Counted from the first letter of the stretch, positions 31,089-42,326 are shown. The stretch: DNA of 64,000 nt from an uncultured Anaerolineales bacterium (GCA_964532455.1 CAZHHT010000002.1:183-64182); one strand, 5' to 3'. Translations and numbers: made by a program. The notes: generated from the letters alone by a model not told the origin.

Positions 31089-31432
31089 GTTTATCTCCTT
31101 TGGCCTTAGAAATAACAAAAGATCAGATAGAATCTTGTCGGATAGCACCTCCTTTATGAAACTTCCAAATAGAAAAACAGAAGAACAAATTTCCCCCAAT
31201 AAATTAATTATATGTTAAAAAGTAATTCCTGCAAGGATTCCATCTTATTATTCTTCCCCAGAGAACTGTCTGCATTCTTCTCGAAAATGTTTCCTGATGA
31301 GTTAAACAACTCAGGCACCAAAGTGATTAATGTACAATCCCACCGATTGGCAATTTACACCTAAAACCGCGAATCCGGGACATAAACATCAGGCAGGAAT
31401 CGCCGTTTAGCGGTGTGGTATAAATAATAACC

Positions 31433-32335
31433 ATGGAGGAGAGTAGAGTATATTACCCCCCTAAACGGACTGGTACAGTTGTCCACCTCCTGCTGATCTT
31501 GATCTTTTCCGGTGGAGGAGCTTGGAGCATCTGGGGTGCATCTAATGTCCAGGTTGCTCCTCAACTGCTGCCGTACCTGGCCCTGATTCTGCTTTTTCTG
31601 ATCACGGTTCCCTTTCTGATTTATCGTTTGTATGCACTGCACCGCTCCCATTATTCCTTGGAGAGGGGGGGCATTCAACTGCAGTGGGGATGGAGATCGG
31701 AAAATATACCTATGGACAAGGTAAAATGGGTCCACAAGGCAGAAGACCTGGAGATTCCACCTCAACCCCCACTGATCCGTTGGCCTGGCTCAGTAATCGG
31801 ATTCAGACATTTTCTGCGGGGACCTGAAGTAGAATTCATGGCTTCGAGGGCAAAGGGGTTGGTAATTATCGCCACCGAGGAAGGGTACTTCGCTATCTCA
31901 CCCTTCCAGGTAGAAGACTTTGTTCTCTCGTACAATTCCCTCACCGAACTTGGATCAATTTCCCTGCTGACCACCCAATCATCCCGTCCTGCTCTTATCC
32001 TGACTGAAATCTCCGATAGGAAACCTTTGCTCTGGATATTCCTGGCCGGGGCGGTTTTAAACATCTCCCTCTTGATTTGGACACTGCTGGTCATCCCATC
32101 CAGGGAGAAGGTATCGCTTGGGTTTACGCCGGGAGGGATACCGCACGAACCTCTGGAGAGTGTGCGCCTGATCCTGTTCCCCATCATCAATACCACGGCA
32201 TATCTGGGTAATCTTGTTTTAGGTTTGTTCCTTTTCCAGAACGAGGAAAACCGTGTCCTGGCTTATATTCTTTGGGGAGGAAGTCTGCTTATTGCAATCA
32301 TTTTCCACATCGGAATGTTATTTATCCTCCAGTAA
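31433..32335 (+). CDS. Membrane protein, possibly with a bacterial PH-like (bPH_2/DUF304-like) domain
   Basis: Two N-terminal TM helices, a soluble segment (YSLERGGIQLQWGWRSENIPMDKVKWV), then 3 C-terminal TM helices. Confidence 0.4.
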   Translation: MEESRVYYPPKRTGTVVHLLLILIFSGGGAWSIWGASNVQVAPQLLPYLALILLFLITVPFLIYRLYALHRSHYSLERGGIQLQWGWRSENIPMDKVKWVHKAEDLEIPPQPPLIRWPGSVIGFRHFLRGPEVEFMASRAKGLVIIATEEGYFAISPFQVEDFVLSYNSLTELGSISLLTTQSSRPALILTEISDRKPLLWIFLAGAVLNISLLIWTLLVIPSREKVSLGFTPGGIPHEPLESVRLILFPIINTTAYLGNLVLGLFLFQNEENRVLAYILWGGSLLIAIIFHIGMLFILQ

Positions 32336-32496
32336 TCCCCAGTTTATTCCCAATTCAGGTTAGTTATCCACAGCTACTCCTTGTTTATCCCCAATTTTAT
32401 ACAGATTTTATACGCCTGGATTTTCTTTATCTTCAGGAAAAGATTTGGTACACTAAAACAAGTTAGGAACTGGATTCGCCTTATCGCGAGAATATT

Positions 32497-34356
32497 ATGA
32501 CTTTTGAGATGTGGATCACCATTGGTTTATTAGCTGGAGCAATCCTGCTGTTCATCACTGAATGGCTGCAAGTGGATCTGGTTGCCCTAGGAGTGGTGAT
32601 AGGTTTAATGCTGACCGGAATTCTCTCCCCTGATGAAGCCCTGGCAGGATTTTCCAGCCCGATCGTGATCACGGTAGCCGCCCTCTTTATCGTCGGAGGT
32701 GCTGTGATGGAAACCGGGCTGGCGGAAGCCATCAGCCAAAAGATCATTCAATTTGCTGGAGAGAGCAGATTTCGGCTTCTGATGCTGATCATGAGTACTG
32801 TTGCTTTACTCTCCGGTTTTATCAGCGATACCGGGACCGTAGCGGTAATGGCGCCGGCAATCATCAGTATCAGCAGGAAGAAAGGAATAAATCCTTCAAA
32901 ATTATTAATCCCGCTCTCCATTGGATCACTGCTTGGCGGCGCAATGACGTTAATTGGGACGCCTCCCAATATCGTTGTCAGTGATCTCCTGCTGGAAAAT
33001 GGCTATGCCCCTTTTCAATTTTTTGATTTCACACCTATTGGATTGACGCTGTTGATATCCGGGATCCTTTTCCTGGCGCTCACCAGCCGCTGGCTTCTAC
33101 CAGACCATAAACCAAGGATGGAACTGCAGCGGGTAGATTCCCCGGAAGAATTAGTCCAAGTTTATAAACTTCCGGAGGATCTTTACCGTTTGCGAGTACG
33201 AATCCAATCCCCCCTGGTGGGAAAAACTCTATTACAAAGCGATTTGCGAAGCACTTTTGAAGTGACAGTGCTGGAAATCCTTCATTCCAGACCAAAGACA
33301 GGAAGTAAACGTCTAAACCTGCTGGAAGATGACTCTATAAGGTTCAAATTGTCTCCCGATACAGTAGTTTATCCAAACGATATCTTGATCTGTCAGGGAA
33401 AAATCAATGACATCACCCATGCTGCCGCAGCCCTCCAACTCGGTGTACAGCCTGCAGAAGCAGAAGACCAGAAAGGATTTGTCAATAATGAAGTAGGTGT
33501 AGCTGAAATTATTCTGCCGCCCCGCTCCCGGTTAATAGGAAAAACACTCGTATCAGCTCGATTCGGCAGCTTATACCAATTAACGGTATTAGGAATCAAC
33601 CGCCCCGGGGCTGACGTCAGTTTATCTCTTAAAGAAACGAAACTCCAGTTTGGTGACACTTTGTTTGTCCAAGGACCCTGGAAAAATATTCGCGCGCTTA
33701 CTGATCAGCGCCGCGACTTTGTGGTTGTGGGTCAACCGGAAGGATTGAAAGGTACCCCTCACCGCTCAAAAATGATCCTGTCATCCTTGATTTTGGCAGG
33801 GATGTTAATCTTTTTGGTTACAAATTGGCTTCCGCTTTCCACTACGGCGTTAATTGCCGCATTTTTAATGATCATCACCGGCTGCCTAGATATGAAAGAC
33901 GCTTATAACAGCGTAGATTGGAAAAGTATTATCCTAATCGCCGGTATGCTGCCGATGACTACCGCCTTACAAAAAGTTGGCCTGGTGCAGGTTGGCACAG
34001 ATTGGATGGCAACTACACTGGGAGGATTAGGAGAACTGCCTACCTTGGCAGCCTTGTTCCTGATTACTACGCTATTTACCCAGGTGATATCCAACACAGC
34101 CACAACTGTGCTGATTGCCCCCATTGCTCTCTCTTTGGCTATCCGTTTGGGATATCTGCCTCAGGCATTCCTTATGCTGGTTGCCATTGCAGCATCCACT
34201 GCTTATGCTTCACCGGTTGCATCCCCCGTCAACACGCTAGTGATGGGATCGGGGAATTATCGCTTCCGAGACTATTTAAAAGTCGGTATCCCGCTGATAT
34301 TGATCTCAATGTTAATCACAACCCTGCTGCTCCCCCTGCTGTGGCCGTTGCACTGA
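32497..34356 (+). CDS. SLC13/DASS-type anion permease with two central TrkA-C domains
   Basis: 619 aa with duplicated TM halves flanking two RCK_C/TrkA-C-like repeats (GKTLLQSDLR... and GKTLVSARF...). Confidence 0.8.
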   Translation: MTFEMWITIGLLAGAILLFITEWLQVDLVALGVVIGLMLTGILSPDEALAGFSSPIVITVAALFIVGGAVMETGLAEAISQKIIQFAGESRFRLLMLIMSTVALLSGFISDTGTVAVMAPAIISISRKKGINPSKLLIPLSIGSLLGGAMTLIGTPPNIVVSDLLLENGYAPFQFFDFTPIGLTLLISGILFLALTSRWLLPDHKPRMELQRVDSPEELVQVYKLPEDLYRLRVRIQSPLVGKTLLQSDLRSTFEVTVLEILHSRPKTGSKRLNLLEDDSIRFKLSPDTVVYPNDILICQGKINDITHAAAALQLGVQPAEAEDQKGFVNNEVGVAEIILPPRSRLIGKTLVSARFGSLYQLTVLGINRPGADVSLSLKETKLQFGDTLFVQGPWKNIRALTDQRRDFVVVGQPEGLKGTPHRSKMILSSLILAGMLIFLVTNWLPLSTTALIAAFLMIITGCLDMKDAYNSVDWKSIILIAGMLPMTTALQKVGLVQVGTDWMATTLGGLGELPTLAALFLITTLFTQVISNTATTVLIAPIALSLAIRLGYLPQAFLMLVAIAASTAYASPVASPVNTLVMGSGNYRFRDYLKVGIPLILISMLITTLLLPLLWPLH

Positions 34357-34443
34357 AAAAAATGGAGTATATTGGTCATTCCTCCATTATTGCATCACTC
34401 GACAACAAAGTTTTTTCGGAAATCGGATCTAGAATTATTTACA

Positions 34444-36366
34444 TTACAATAAGTGTTTATTTCCTGCTGGTATTTTTGATTGCAGCAACAGCCAGGAAAC
34501 ACCAACCCATAATAATGTCATCCCTGGCATGATCATTCGGCTGAATCCGCCACCTAACCACCATTCCATATCATGAACTTGATCAAATGCAAGTACATAA
34601 TAGATAGCGGTGATGACCGCAAAGCTGGAGGCAGCTGTCATCAGTAAAATCCAAAGTTTACTGTCCTGTTTATATGCTGACCGGAAATATACTACAATTG
34701 CAATTAGAGAACCAAGACCAACCACTCCCCAAGTTTGAAAATTAGAGAACTGCCTTAAAAAATACATCAGGATCAGAGAAAAATCCTTGAGGTGATAAAT
34801 ACCTACTGAGAATTGGTGGACAATTTTTTCCAAGTTTCCTTCTACCGGTTTAATACCGACATAAAATCTGCTGCTGGTCACTTTCCAACCCACCACCACT
34901 AAAAGAGGGGCTATCGCTATCAACCAAATCTTGTTGAAGTGTTTAAGTTCTCCTGAAAATAATAGATAGCTTAGACCAGCAATCAAGATCCCGATCACCA
35001 ACCACAGACCCTCTGGGCGCGTCCAGATCGCCAGTGCGAAAAAAACCCCCGACACAAACCATAGCATCCGTTGATAGTTAGGATTTGATTCGGATATCGC
35101 CCGGATAAACAAAATCACTCCGACAACCAGGTAAAAAGTCAGGGGCAGATTTGCATATCCTATTCTGGCATGGTGAGCCAGAACGGGTATTGTAGCCAGG
35201 ACCAGCGTGCCAAGACCGGCCAGCACGGAATCTGACCTTTCTTTCAAAAATCCATATACTACCAACAAAAGGCTCAGGTAATAAACAGGGAAGATTAACT
35301 TTGAGGCTGGTAGTGTGTCTCCAAATGTATCCATTAAAATTCCAATCAGCAGAGGAATATGTAATGGATATACCGTAGTATTCGTTCCTCTCGTGATCAC
35401 ACCACTTAAACCCTCAGAGGCAAGCCCTGCTCCTTTGGCGCCCCATAATACATAGGAATCGGTTGCATGAACTCCTGCACCAACAGCTAGAAAGATGTAC
35501 AAACCACCCAAAATAACAATTAGAATTGTCCAGATATCCAGCGTTGACCCCCAAACGAATAAATCAGCAATAATGCCCAGGCGTACTTTCTTTGTTAACA
35601 AAGCAGCAATCAGGATCATCAAAGATAAACCAGTTAGTAAGGAAAAGCAGAGGGTTAAGTTTTCAATCCAGCCCAGGTAAAGAAATATGTACCCTGAAAC
35701 TGAAAATACTCCCATTAAAACTCCGTAACCAATTCCCAATCGAGACCAGGGTGATAGTCCGGGAAGTACCATGGAAGCGAAATAATAACCTATAAGTATC
35801 AATAGGGTGAAGGAGAATAAAGGAAGGAATATATCCGTTGCCAAGATTTCAAAACTGGAGAGATCAACAGGTGGTGTGCCTTTCCCGAGACCATCTTCGG
35901 GACCAAAGACACCCCAAGTATCATTGTGCATCCGAATGTTTGCCGCCTGGTTTTGAATAATTTTCCCGGGAAATTGGCTTAAGCCCATGATCAAGATATA
36001 GGTATTTTCTTTTCCTATAAAATTGGCACCACAATCGATGGTTGTACAATTTTTTATTTCTCGCGGATCAAGAAAAAACTGCATGGAGTTCGTGTTGGAA
36101 AGCGTCCACATGCTGACTTCTTCGGGCGGTAAGATCACAATTCCATTTTCAGGAATTTCTTCCCTAAGAAACATTAAATAATCTGCAAAATTTTCACTTC
36201 GGGCGAATTTTGCACTCCGCCAGGTACCCGTTCGGTTTAGGTTGGAGAGTATTCCCAGGCCAAAGGAACCCATATCGGGCACAATAACCATCAGGTTGAT
36301 GAAAATCAATACACCAAAAAGCCCAATCACGATGGATTTTTTTATCTGCTGGAATGCAGTCGTCAT
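34444..36366 (-). CDS. Large polytopic membrane protein (GT-C-like candidate)
   Basis: 640 aa: one TM helix, an extracytoplasmic domain of about 170 aa, then about 12 TM helices. It is the last gene of the glycosylation gene string. The function is inferred from context. Confidence 0.45.
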   Translation of the reverse strand: MTTAFQQIKKSIVIGLFGVLIFINLMVIVPDMGSFGLGILSNLNRTGTWRSAKFARSENFADYLMFLREEIPENGIVILPPEEVSMWTLSNTNSMQFFLDPREIKNCTTIDCGANFIGKENTYILIMGLSQFPGKIIQNQAANIRMHNDTWGVFGPEDGLGKGTPPVDLSSFEILATDIFLPLFSFTLLILIGYYFASMVLPGLSPWSRLGIGYGVLMGVFSVSGYIFLYLGWIENLTLCFSLLTGLSLMILIAALLTKKVRLGIIADLFVWGSTLDIWTILIVILGGLYIFLAVGAGVHATDSYVLWGAKGAGLASEGLSGVITRGTNTTVYPLHIPLLIGILMDTFGDTLPASKLIFPVYYLSLLLVVYGFLKERSDSVLAGLGTLVLATIPVLAHHARIGYANLPLTFYLVVGVILFIRAISESNPNYQRMLWFVSGVFFALAIWTRPEGLWLVIGILIAGLSYLLFSGELKHFNKIWLIAIAPLLVVVGWKVTSSRFYVGIKPVEGNLEKIVHQFSVGIYHLKDFSLILMYFLRQFSNFQTWGVVGLGSLIAIVVYFRSAYKQDSKLWILLMTAASSFAVITAIYYVLAFDQVHDMEWWLGGGFSRMIMPGMTLLWVGVSWLLLQSKIPAGNKHLL

Positions 36367-36548
36367 ACGGTTTCAAATCCTAAGAAAGTTATGTCTAAGG
36401 TTGCCATATTTGATTCAAGGATCATTTTAATATCACTAATATCTTCTTACTTTCGGTTTTTCAGGAATCTTCAAACTATGAATAAATATTCTGAATCAAA
36501 ATCTCAATACCCATTATTGGCTTTCAAACTCAGTCAGAGCATAAAACG

Positions 36549-37514
36549 CTACTGCTTTTCCCCGGGTTGAAACAACTTATGAATTGAAAAAATAATGATT
36601 AGAAAAACCGAAATAACTATAGAAATGCTATATCGAATCAATGAGTATGAAACCACCTGATCATTTGCAACATCCAATAATGATGCCAGACTTGCTTCTC
36701 TAAGTCCAAGACCGCCAATGCTGATTGGAATTGTTGTCACTAAGTTAACCAGAGGGATAACTAAAAACATTGTTAACAATGGGACGTCTACGCCAATTGC
36801 CATGAAAGTATAGTGCTGGCTTACGATCATTATAATTTTTACCAATATGGATATCAAAAAAGCACTTAACAATTCCAAATTATTTACTCGATACCTCTGG
36901 AATATTGACCATATTTTATTGATGTACACACCTATAATATTTTTAGCAATCGTCCTACTCATCACCCACGTGACTAATCCATCAAGTATTCCGAAAAATA
37001 TTAAGCTTGAGATTACTATAATTGATCCAAATATCATCAAACCAATTAATTTGTATTGTTTTGATACAAAATCAACAAAGGGAAGTGTGATGAAGACAAT
37101 AAAACACAATGCGAAAAGCCCGATTATCCTGTCCATAATGGTCGCACTGATTGAGGCTTCTTTTTCTTCTGGATGATTGTAGATCACGTATGCAATCTTG
37201 GCAGAATCTCCTCCAATACTTGAAGGGAGGATTTTATTAAGAACCTGACCAAAAAGAATGGTTTTATACAGGGCGATGATTGGCGCCTCTAGACCCACCG
37301 CGGATAATAGTTTTTTCCACCTGACTGCCATGAAGAAATGCTGGAACAAATAAATTATGCAGAGCCCAACATAGACCCAGATATTGATATTCCTGATTTG
37401 ATCCAGGATAGCTCTGGTATCAACGGATCGTAATATTAACCAGGAAAATACAGCAGTTCCAACAATCCTAATAATCCAGCTAAAGACCGGTTTAATAATT
37501 GGTTTATCGTTCAT
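36549..37514 (-). CDS. Flippase-like membrane protein (LPG-synthase TM / UPF0104 family)
   Basis: 321 aa, about 8 TM helices and a GGDSAKI motif. Its start overlaps the sulfotransferase stop (ATGA). Confidence 0.6.
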   Translation of the reverse strand: MNDKPIIKPVFSWIIRIVGTAVFSWLILRSVDTRAILDQIRNINIWVYVGLCIIYLFQHFFMAVRWKKLLSAVGLEAPIIALYKTILFGQVLNKILPSSIGGDSAKIAYVIYNHPEEKEASISATIMDRIIGLFALCFIVFITLPFVDFVSKQYKLIGLMIFGSIIVISSLIFFGILDGLVTWVMSRTIAKNIIGVYINKIWSIFQRYRVNNLELLSAFLISILVKIIMIVSQHYTFMAIGVDVPLLTMFLVIPLVNLVTTIPISIGGLGLREASLASLLDVANDQVVSYSLIRYSISIVISVFLIIIFSIHKLFQPGEKQ

Positions 37515-38392
37515 AAATAAACATCTGGATAAAATTGTACTCCCACTTCCTCAATCACTTGTCGGATAAAACTTAAATCCTCGCTGGTGATCTCTTCTTT
37601 GAACGATCCAATTTCTCCCTTTCGGACTTTATATGATGCCTGATCATTTATATCTCCAGGTCGCATGCTGTTATTGGAAAAATATCCCTTTCTTTCCATT
37701 CCTTTCATATTTTCAAAAGAAGCAAAATCTACTGCTTTTTGGAGAACGGCAGGATCAATATCGTATATACCGACAAAATCTAAGACCATTTTAAGGACTA
37801 GATTTGGATCATCATGGAGATCTTCATATCGAATAAATAAGAAGTTTTCTGGTATAGAATTCCCGGATGCCCAAATCTTATAGAAATTGATAATCTTCCG
37901 AATACCATATTGAGGATCCTTAATAAAATCAGATAAATCCCCGTTAAATGCATTTTCTCTTTTTTTTGCTTGATAATAATTGGAGACAATTAAATCCCGC
38001 GGGTCACGGGCTAAAAAAATCACCTTCTTATCCATAAACACCTTCTTATCCTTACTTAAATCATTATCAGCCCGAGCGTACTGAATATCAGACCCATGAT
38101 GGGTGAACTGGATAATTGGTGTACCAAGTTTACTGGTAATTTTGTATGTATCCAACAATCCAGTATCATCAAGACCAAATAGTTCAACGAGTGTTTTCCC
38201 AATCAAGACACGCAACCATGTTCTACCGCTTTTTGGGAAAGATATAATATATACATCAGTATTTCTTCCTCGCCATTGAAAAAAGAAAACTCGTTTTATC
38301 GCCTCTTTAATCCTTAATAAAAATGGTAATCTAAGCAAAGAAGGTTGCAGGGTTTTTGATAAATTTGTCAAGAATAAATATGTCCGCTTCAT
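37511..38392 (-). CDS. PAPS-dependent sulfotransferase (Sulfotransfer_1-like)
   Basis: 5'-PSB loop FPKSGRTWL and the 3'-PB motif LARDPRDLIVSNYYQ. Confidence 0.8.
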   Translation of the reverse strand: MKRTYLFLTNLSKTLQPSLLRLPFLLRIKEAIKRVFFFQWRGRNTDVYIISFPKSGRTWLRVLIGKTLVELFGLDDTGLLDTYKITSKLGTPIIQFTHHGSDIQYARADNDLSKDKKVFMDKKVIFLARDPRDLIVSNYYQAKKRENAFNGDLSDFIKDPQYGIRKIINFYKIWASGNSIPENFLFIRYEDLHDDPNLVLKMVLDFVGIYDIDPAVLQKAVDFASFENMKGMERKGYFSNNSMRPGDINDQASYKVRKGEIGSFKEEITSEDLSFIRQVIEEVGVQFYPDVYL

Positions 38393-38495
38393 TAACTTCT
38401 TCCAATAATAAAATCAACTATGTCATGGGAATTATCACTGATCTACTATAGAAGATACTAGTGTTGATCCTTAAGGGATAACCAAAATTAATAAA

Positions 38496-39626
38496 TCAGG
38501 ATATTGTCGTTAAAACCAACTCCCTGTATTGCCGGGTAATTCGGTCCCACGAATAATGTTCCTCAGCCCGTTCCCGAGCTGCTCTCCCAAGTTTTTCACG
38601 TCGGTGATGATCGATCATTAATAAATTCAGTTTTTCCTGCAACATCTCCCAATTATCACTGGGAACTAATAAACCTGTCAAATCATCCTGAATCAGTTCC
38701 TCATTTCCGGATATATTGCTGGCAATGATTGCCAAACCGGAAGCCATTCCTTCCAATACGGCATTGGGCATACCCTCATTTCGGGAAGGAAACACAAAAA
38801 TGTTCGATTCCTGATATATTCTTCTTAGCTCATTATGTGTATTCCATCCCAAGAAATGTATCCTTTCTCTTATACCAAGTGAAACAGCTAAATCTTGCAG
38901 GGTATCCCGCTGTGGACCATCCCCAGCAATGGATAATTGCCAGGGGTATTTAAGAAGATTTGCCAGTGCTTTAAATAGTAGATCCAAACCCTTCTGATAG
39001 ACCAATCGTCCTACGAATAATAAGTGCACGTCATCAGAATATGATTCTTTGGATTGAAAGAAATCCAAATCCACCCCATTTGGTATTACCTGGCAAGGAA
39101 TCTCAGAGGCAAAGCGAAAAGCCAATTTTTTGAGCCCCTGACTATTTGCCACCACGGCGCCTGCATTTTTCCAGATCACCTTCAAGAAAGGAGAACCTAT
39201 TTTATGAATAGTTCCAAAATCATAAGTCCGAAAACCAGGTACATCTCCCCCACGCAACGAAACGATATAGGGAATTCCAAATATCAATTTTCCCACTAGC
39301 CCCACAGGGCCACTTGGAATCCCGAAGAAGGGTATGATTACATCTGGTTTCCAACTATTGATAAGTGGGAAACTCTCAACAACAGCCCCAATCATGAAGG
39401 TCAACTGCTCAAAGGGAGATGACCTGCTTCTGTTCTTTCTGATTGAGAAAACACGGTGAATTCGTACGCCATTTTCAATCTCTATCCTGGGAAAATCCCC
39501 AAATGCGCAGGTAAGAATTGTAACATCATCACCAAGTTCGACAAGCTTTTTGCTTAGATTTGCACTAGCATTTCCTGCCCCACCTCCAATCGGAGGATGT
39601 TCACTATTGACGATCAAGATACGCAT
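38496..39626 (-). CDS. Glycosyltransferase family 4 (GT-B fold)
   Basis: N-terminal GGAGN pattern and the E(x7)E motif EGMPNAVLEGMASG. Confidence 0.85.
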   Translation of the reverse strand: MRILIVNSEHPPIGGGAGNASANLSKKLVELGDDVTILTCAFGDFPRIEIENGVRIHRVFSIRKNRSRSSPFEQLTFMIGAVVESFPLINSWKPDVIIPFFGIPSGPVGLVGKLIFGIPYIVSLRGGDVPGFRTYDFGTIHKIGSPFLKVIWKNAGAVVANSQGLKKLAFRFASEIPCQVIPNGVDLDFFQSKESYSDDVHLLFVGRLVYQKGLDLLFKALANLLKYPWQLSIAGDGPQRDTLQDLAVSLGIRERIHFLGWNTHNELRRIYQESNIFVFPSRNEGMPNAVLEGMASGLAIIASNISGNEELIQDDLTGLLVPSDNWEMLQEKLNLLMIDHHRREKLGRAARERAEEHYSWDRITRQYRELVLTTIS

Positions 39627-39629
39627 CTC

Positions 39630-40601
39630 TCACACCTGATCCTTAGTATTCTTTACAATTTCCCGTAAATTGTAGGTTGGTTTATCCTGGGCTTCATAAT
39701 AAGTGCGTACGAGCAGTTCAGCAATAAGCCCCATTAAGATTGATTGAAAACCCATCAATACAATCAAAATTGAGCTAGGAAAGAGAGGAGAATCAAAGGG
39801 AGAAATACCAAAACCCAAGCGGCGGATCAAAAGGAAAAATAATATACCCATACCCCCCAGCAACAAGAATAATCCAAGTCCCCCAAATAGATACAGGGGT
39901 TTTTGAGAATAACTGATTAAAAATTTAACTGTAAAAAGATCCAAGACAACCTTTAATGTTCGTTCTATACCATACTTGGTTTTTCCAAATCTCCGGGGGT
40001 GATGCTTCACTTCAACTTCAGCAATCTTCGCTCCAACATGTGCTGCATAGGCCGGAATAAAACGATGCATTTCCCCATATAGGCGAAAACCCATTAGAAT
40101 ATCTTTTCGGTAAGCTTTTAATGTACAACCATAATCGTGTAAATGTACCCCTGTCACCCATGAGATGAGTTTATTAGCTAATTTCGAAGGCAAAACACGG
40201 GTGAATAACTTATCTTTTCGGTTTACCCGCCAACCGCTAACTACGTCGTAGCCTTCTTCTATCTTCATCAATAACTTAGGAATATCTGTGGGGTCATTCT
40301 GCAGGTCTGCATCCATAAGTACAAGAATATCACCAGCAGCATGATCAATTCCAGCTGCAATAGCTGCAGTTTGGCCAAAGTTCCTCCGCAAGGCAATCAC
40401 AACAATATGCTCAGGATTTTCTTCTGCAATAGATCTCAATTTCTGAAAACTCCCATCGCTGCTTCCATCATCAATAAAAAGGATTTCCCAACTATACGGT
40501 TGATCTTGTAGAGTACCAAACAGAGATGCAACTAATTCCAATAATATTTCATTTTCATTATATACAGGAATAATCACTGAAACTTTCATCGACCTCTCCA
40601 A
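39630..40601 (-). CDS. Glycosyltransferase family 2, polyprenyl-phosphate sugar synthase type (GtrB/CsbB/ArnC-like) with C-terminal TM helices
   Basis: VSVIIPVYNE, DDGSSDGS, DADLQND (DxD) and two C-terminal TM helices. Confidence 0.85.
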   Translation of the reverse strand: MERSMKVSVIIPVYNENEILLELVASLFGTLQDQPYSWEILFIDDGSSDGSFQKLRSIAEENPEHIVVIALRRNFGQTAAIAAGIDHAAGDILVLMDADLQNDPTDIPKLLMKIEEGYDVVSGWRVNRKDKLFTRVLPSKLANKLISWVTGVHLHDYGCTLKAYRKDILMGFRLYGEMHRFIPAYAAHVGAKIAEVEVKHHPRRFGKTKYGIERTLKVVLDLFTVKFLISYSQKPLYLFGGLGLFLLLGGMGILFFLLIRRLGFGISPFDSPLFPSSILIVLMGFQSILMGLIAELLVRTYYEAQDKPTYNLREIVKNTKDQV

Positions 40602-41102
40602 AAGATAAAAAACTCGAACTCAATAAAATCGTAAACCTTGATTTTGTCTGCGGTCAGAATTTGAAATTTGAATCGATAACCACCAAATACAATTGGTTTT
40701 TCAATTCTAGATAAATTATAAGCCATTCCCAAAATGATTGATAGCATATAAAGGATTCAATTAGTTAACATATAAATTTTCTTTGAATTGGATCTGTATA
40801 TCCATATCTTAAACTATTCAATACCTACAAACATTAATACGCTTTCAAGTTTGCATCCAATGGATATTTGCATCATAAAGGCAGTGACCAATCAGGGACA
40901 TGAGGCCCTATTTAGAATGATCTCCCCAACTGGATTTTGATTTGGCTGATTGTAACAAGTGAAGGGATATCATATAATTTGTCTATTACTCGGATAAATT
41001 ATCACGAATTTTGACAGCAAAAGATAATAATCATCAATAATTGATTCTTTCAACAGGGAGTTAGTGTATCCTGTTTTCTGGAAAATTGATAAATAAAGAA
41101 TA

Positions 41103-42326
41103 GTAGGTCAGGTGTTTCCTTAAGTTTACGACAACAAAAAGGAGAACACCGTGACCTACCAAGACCATTTTACCTTACCAGCTAAATTAATTGAACAGGT
41201 AGCAGAACAAGGCCTTGATTTTTTGCCTGAGCTGATCCGCATTATGGTCAACACCGCAATGGAAGCTGAACGCGAGCAGCACATTGGTGTGGGACCATAC
41301 GAACGGTCAGTAAAACGCCGAGGTCACGCTAACGGTTTCAAACCCAAGACGGTTACAACCAGGATTGCATCAATCACTTTTGATGTGCCTCAGGTGCGAG
41401 AAGGGGGATTTTACCCGCAGGCATTGGAAAAAGGCTTGCGCAGTGAACGAGCTCTGATTCTTGCGCTGGCTGAGATGTATGTCCAGGGCGTTTCCACCCG
41501 CAAGGCCACAGCCATCACGGAACGATTGTACGGTAGCGCAGTGTCCGCCCCGCAGGTCAGTCGGGCAGCCACTTTGTTATATGAAGTCCTGGAAGCCTGG
41601 CGTACCAGGCCGTTAGGTCCAATCGCTTACTTGTGCCTATATGCAAGTTTTGAGAAGGTACAGGTAGATGGGTAGGTCCGGGATGCGGCAGTTTTGATAA
41701 CCAGCGGAGTGAATCCTGAGGGAAAACACTTGATTCTGGGCGTCTCTGTCCCACTCGGTGAACAGGAGCTCCACTGGCGTGATTTCCTGCACAGTCTGGT
41801 GGAACGGGGCTTAAAGGACGTGAAGCTAATCATCAGTGATGCTCATGTGGGACTGAAGGTGGCACGGAAAGCGGCATCCCGTGGCAAAGCTGTCAGTTTC
41901 ATTTGCAGCAGAATGCTAGTCAGTATGTGCCCAGGCAGAACATGAAGCGGGAAGTGACTGCTGACATCAGAGCCATCTTTAATGCACCAGACAGGGAGCG
42001 AGCAGCTACATAAAACCATTGAGAAGTATGCCAAACGCGCTTCCAGACTGGATGATCTCCTGGGAAGGCAACATCCCTGAAGGATTGACGATGTTTGCTT
42101 TCCCAGAAGATCCCCGGCGCCGGATCCTCACAGTCAACAGCCCAGAACAGGTTTGCCAGGAAATCCGGAGGCGAACCAAGGTTGCCAGGATCTTTCCAAG
42201 CGAGTCTTCATGTTTGCGATTGGTGAGCGCCGTGCTGATGGAAATCAGCGAAACCTGGGAGACTGGTAAAATATATTTATCATTTGTAAGGTACTGAACT
42301 TCAGCTAATATGGATCACCTGATTAC
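41103..42326 (+). mobile_element. Decayed IS256-family insertion sequence
   Basis: A transposase relic flanked by imperfect inverted termini (gtaggtcaggtg at 41103 versus the reverse complement of cacctgattac at 42316-42326). Confidence 0.55.
41151..42297 (+). pseudogene. IS256-family (Mutator-like) transposase, with an in-frame TAG and at least three frameshifts
   Basis: ORFs 41151..41675, 41694..41945 and 42019..42297 carry family motifs in three frames. These include MVNTAMEAEREQHIG, ISDAHVGLK, the out-of-frame IPWQSCQFHLQQNASQYVPRQNMKREVTADIRAIFNAPDRE, and NIPEGLTMF...IFPSESSCLRLVSAVLMEISETW. Confidence 0.8.
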
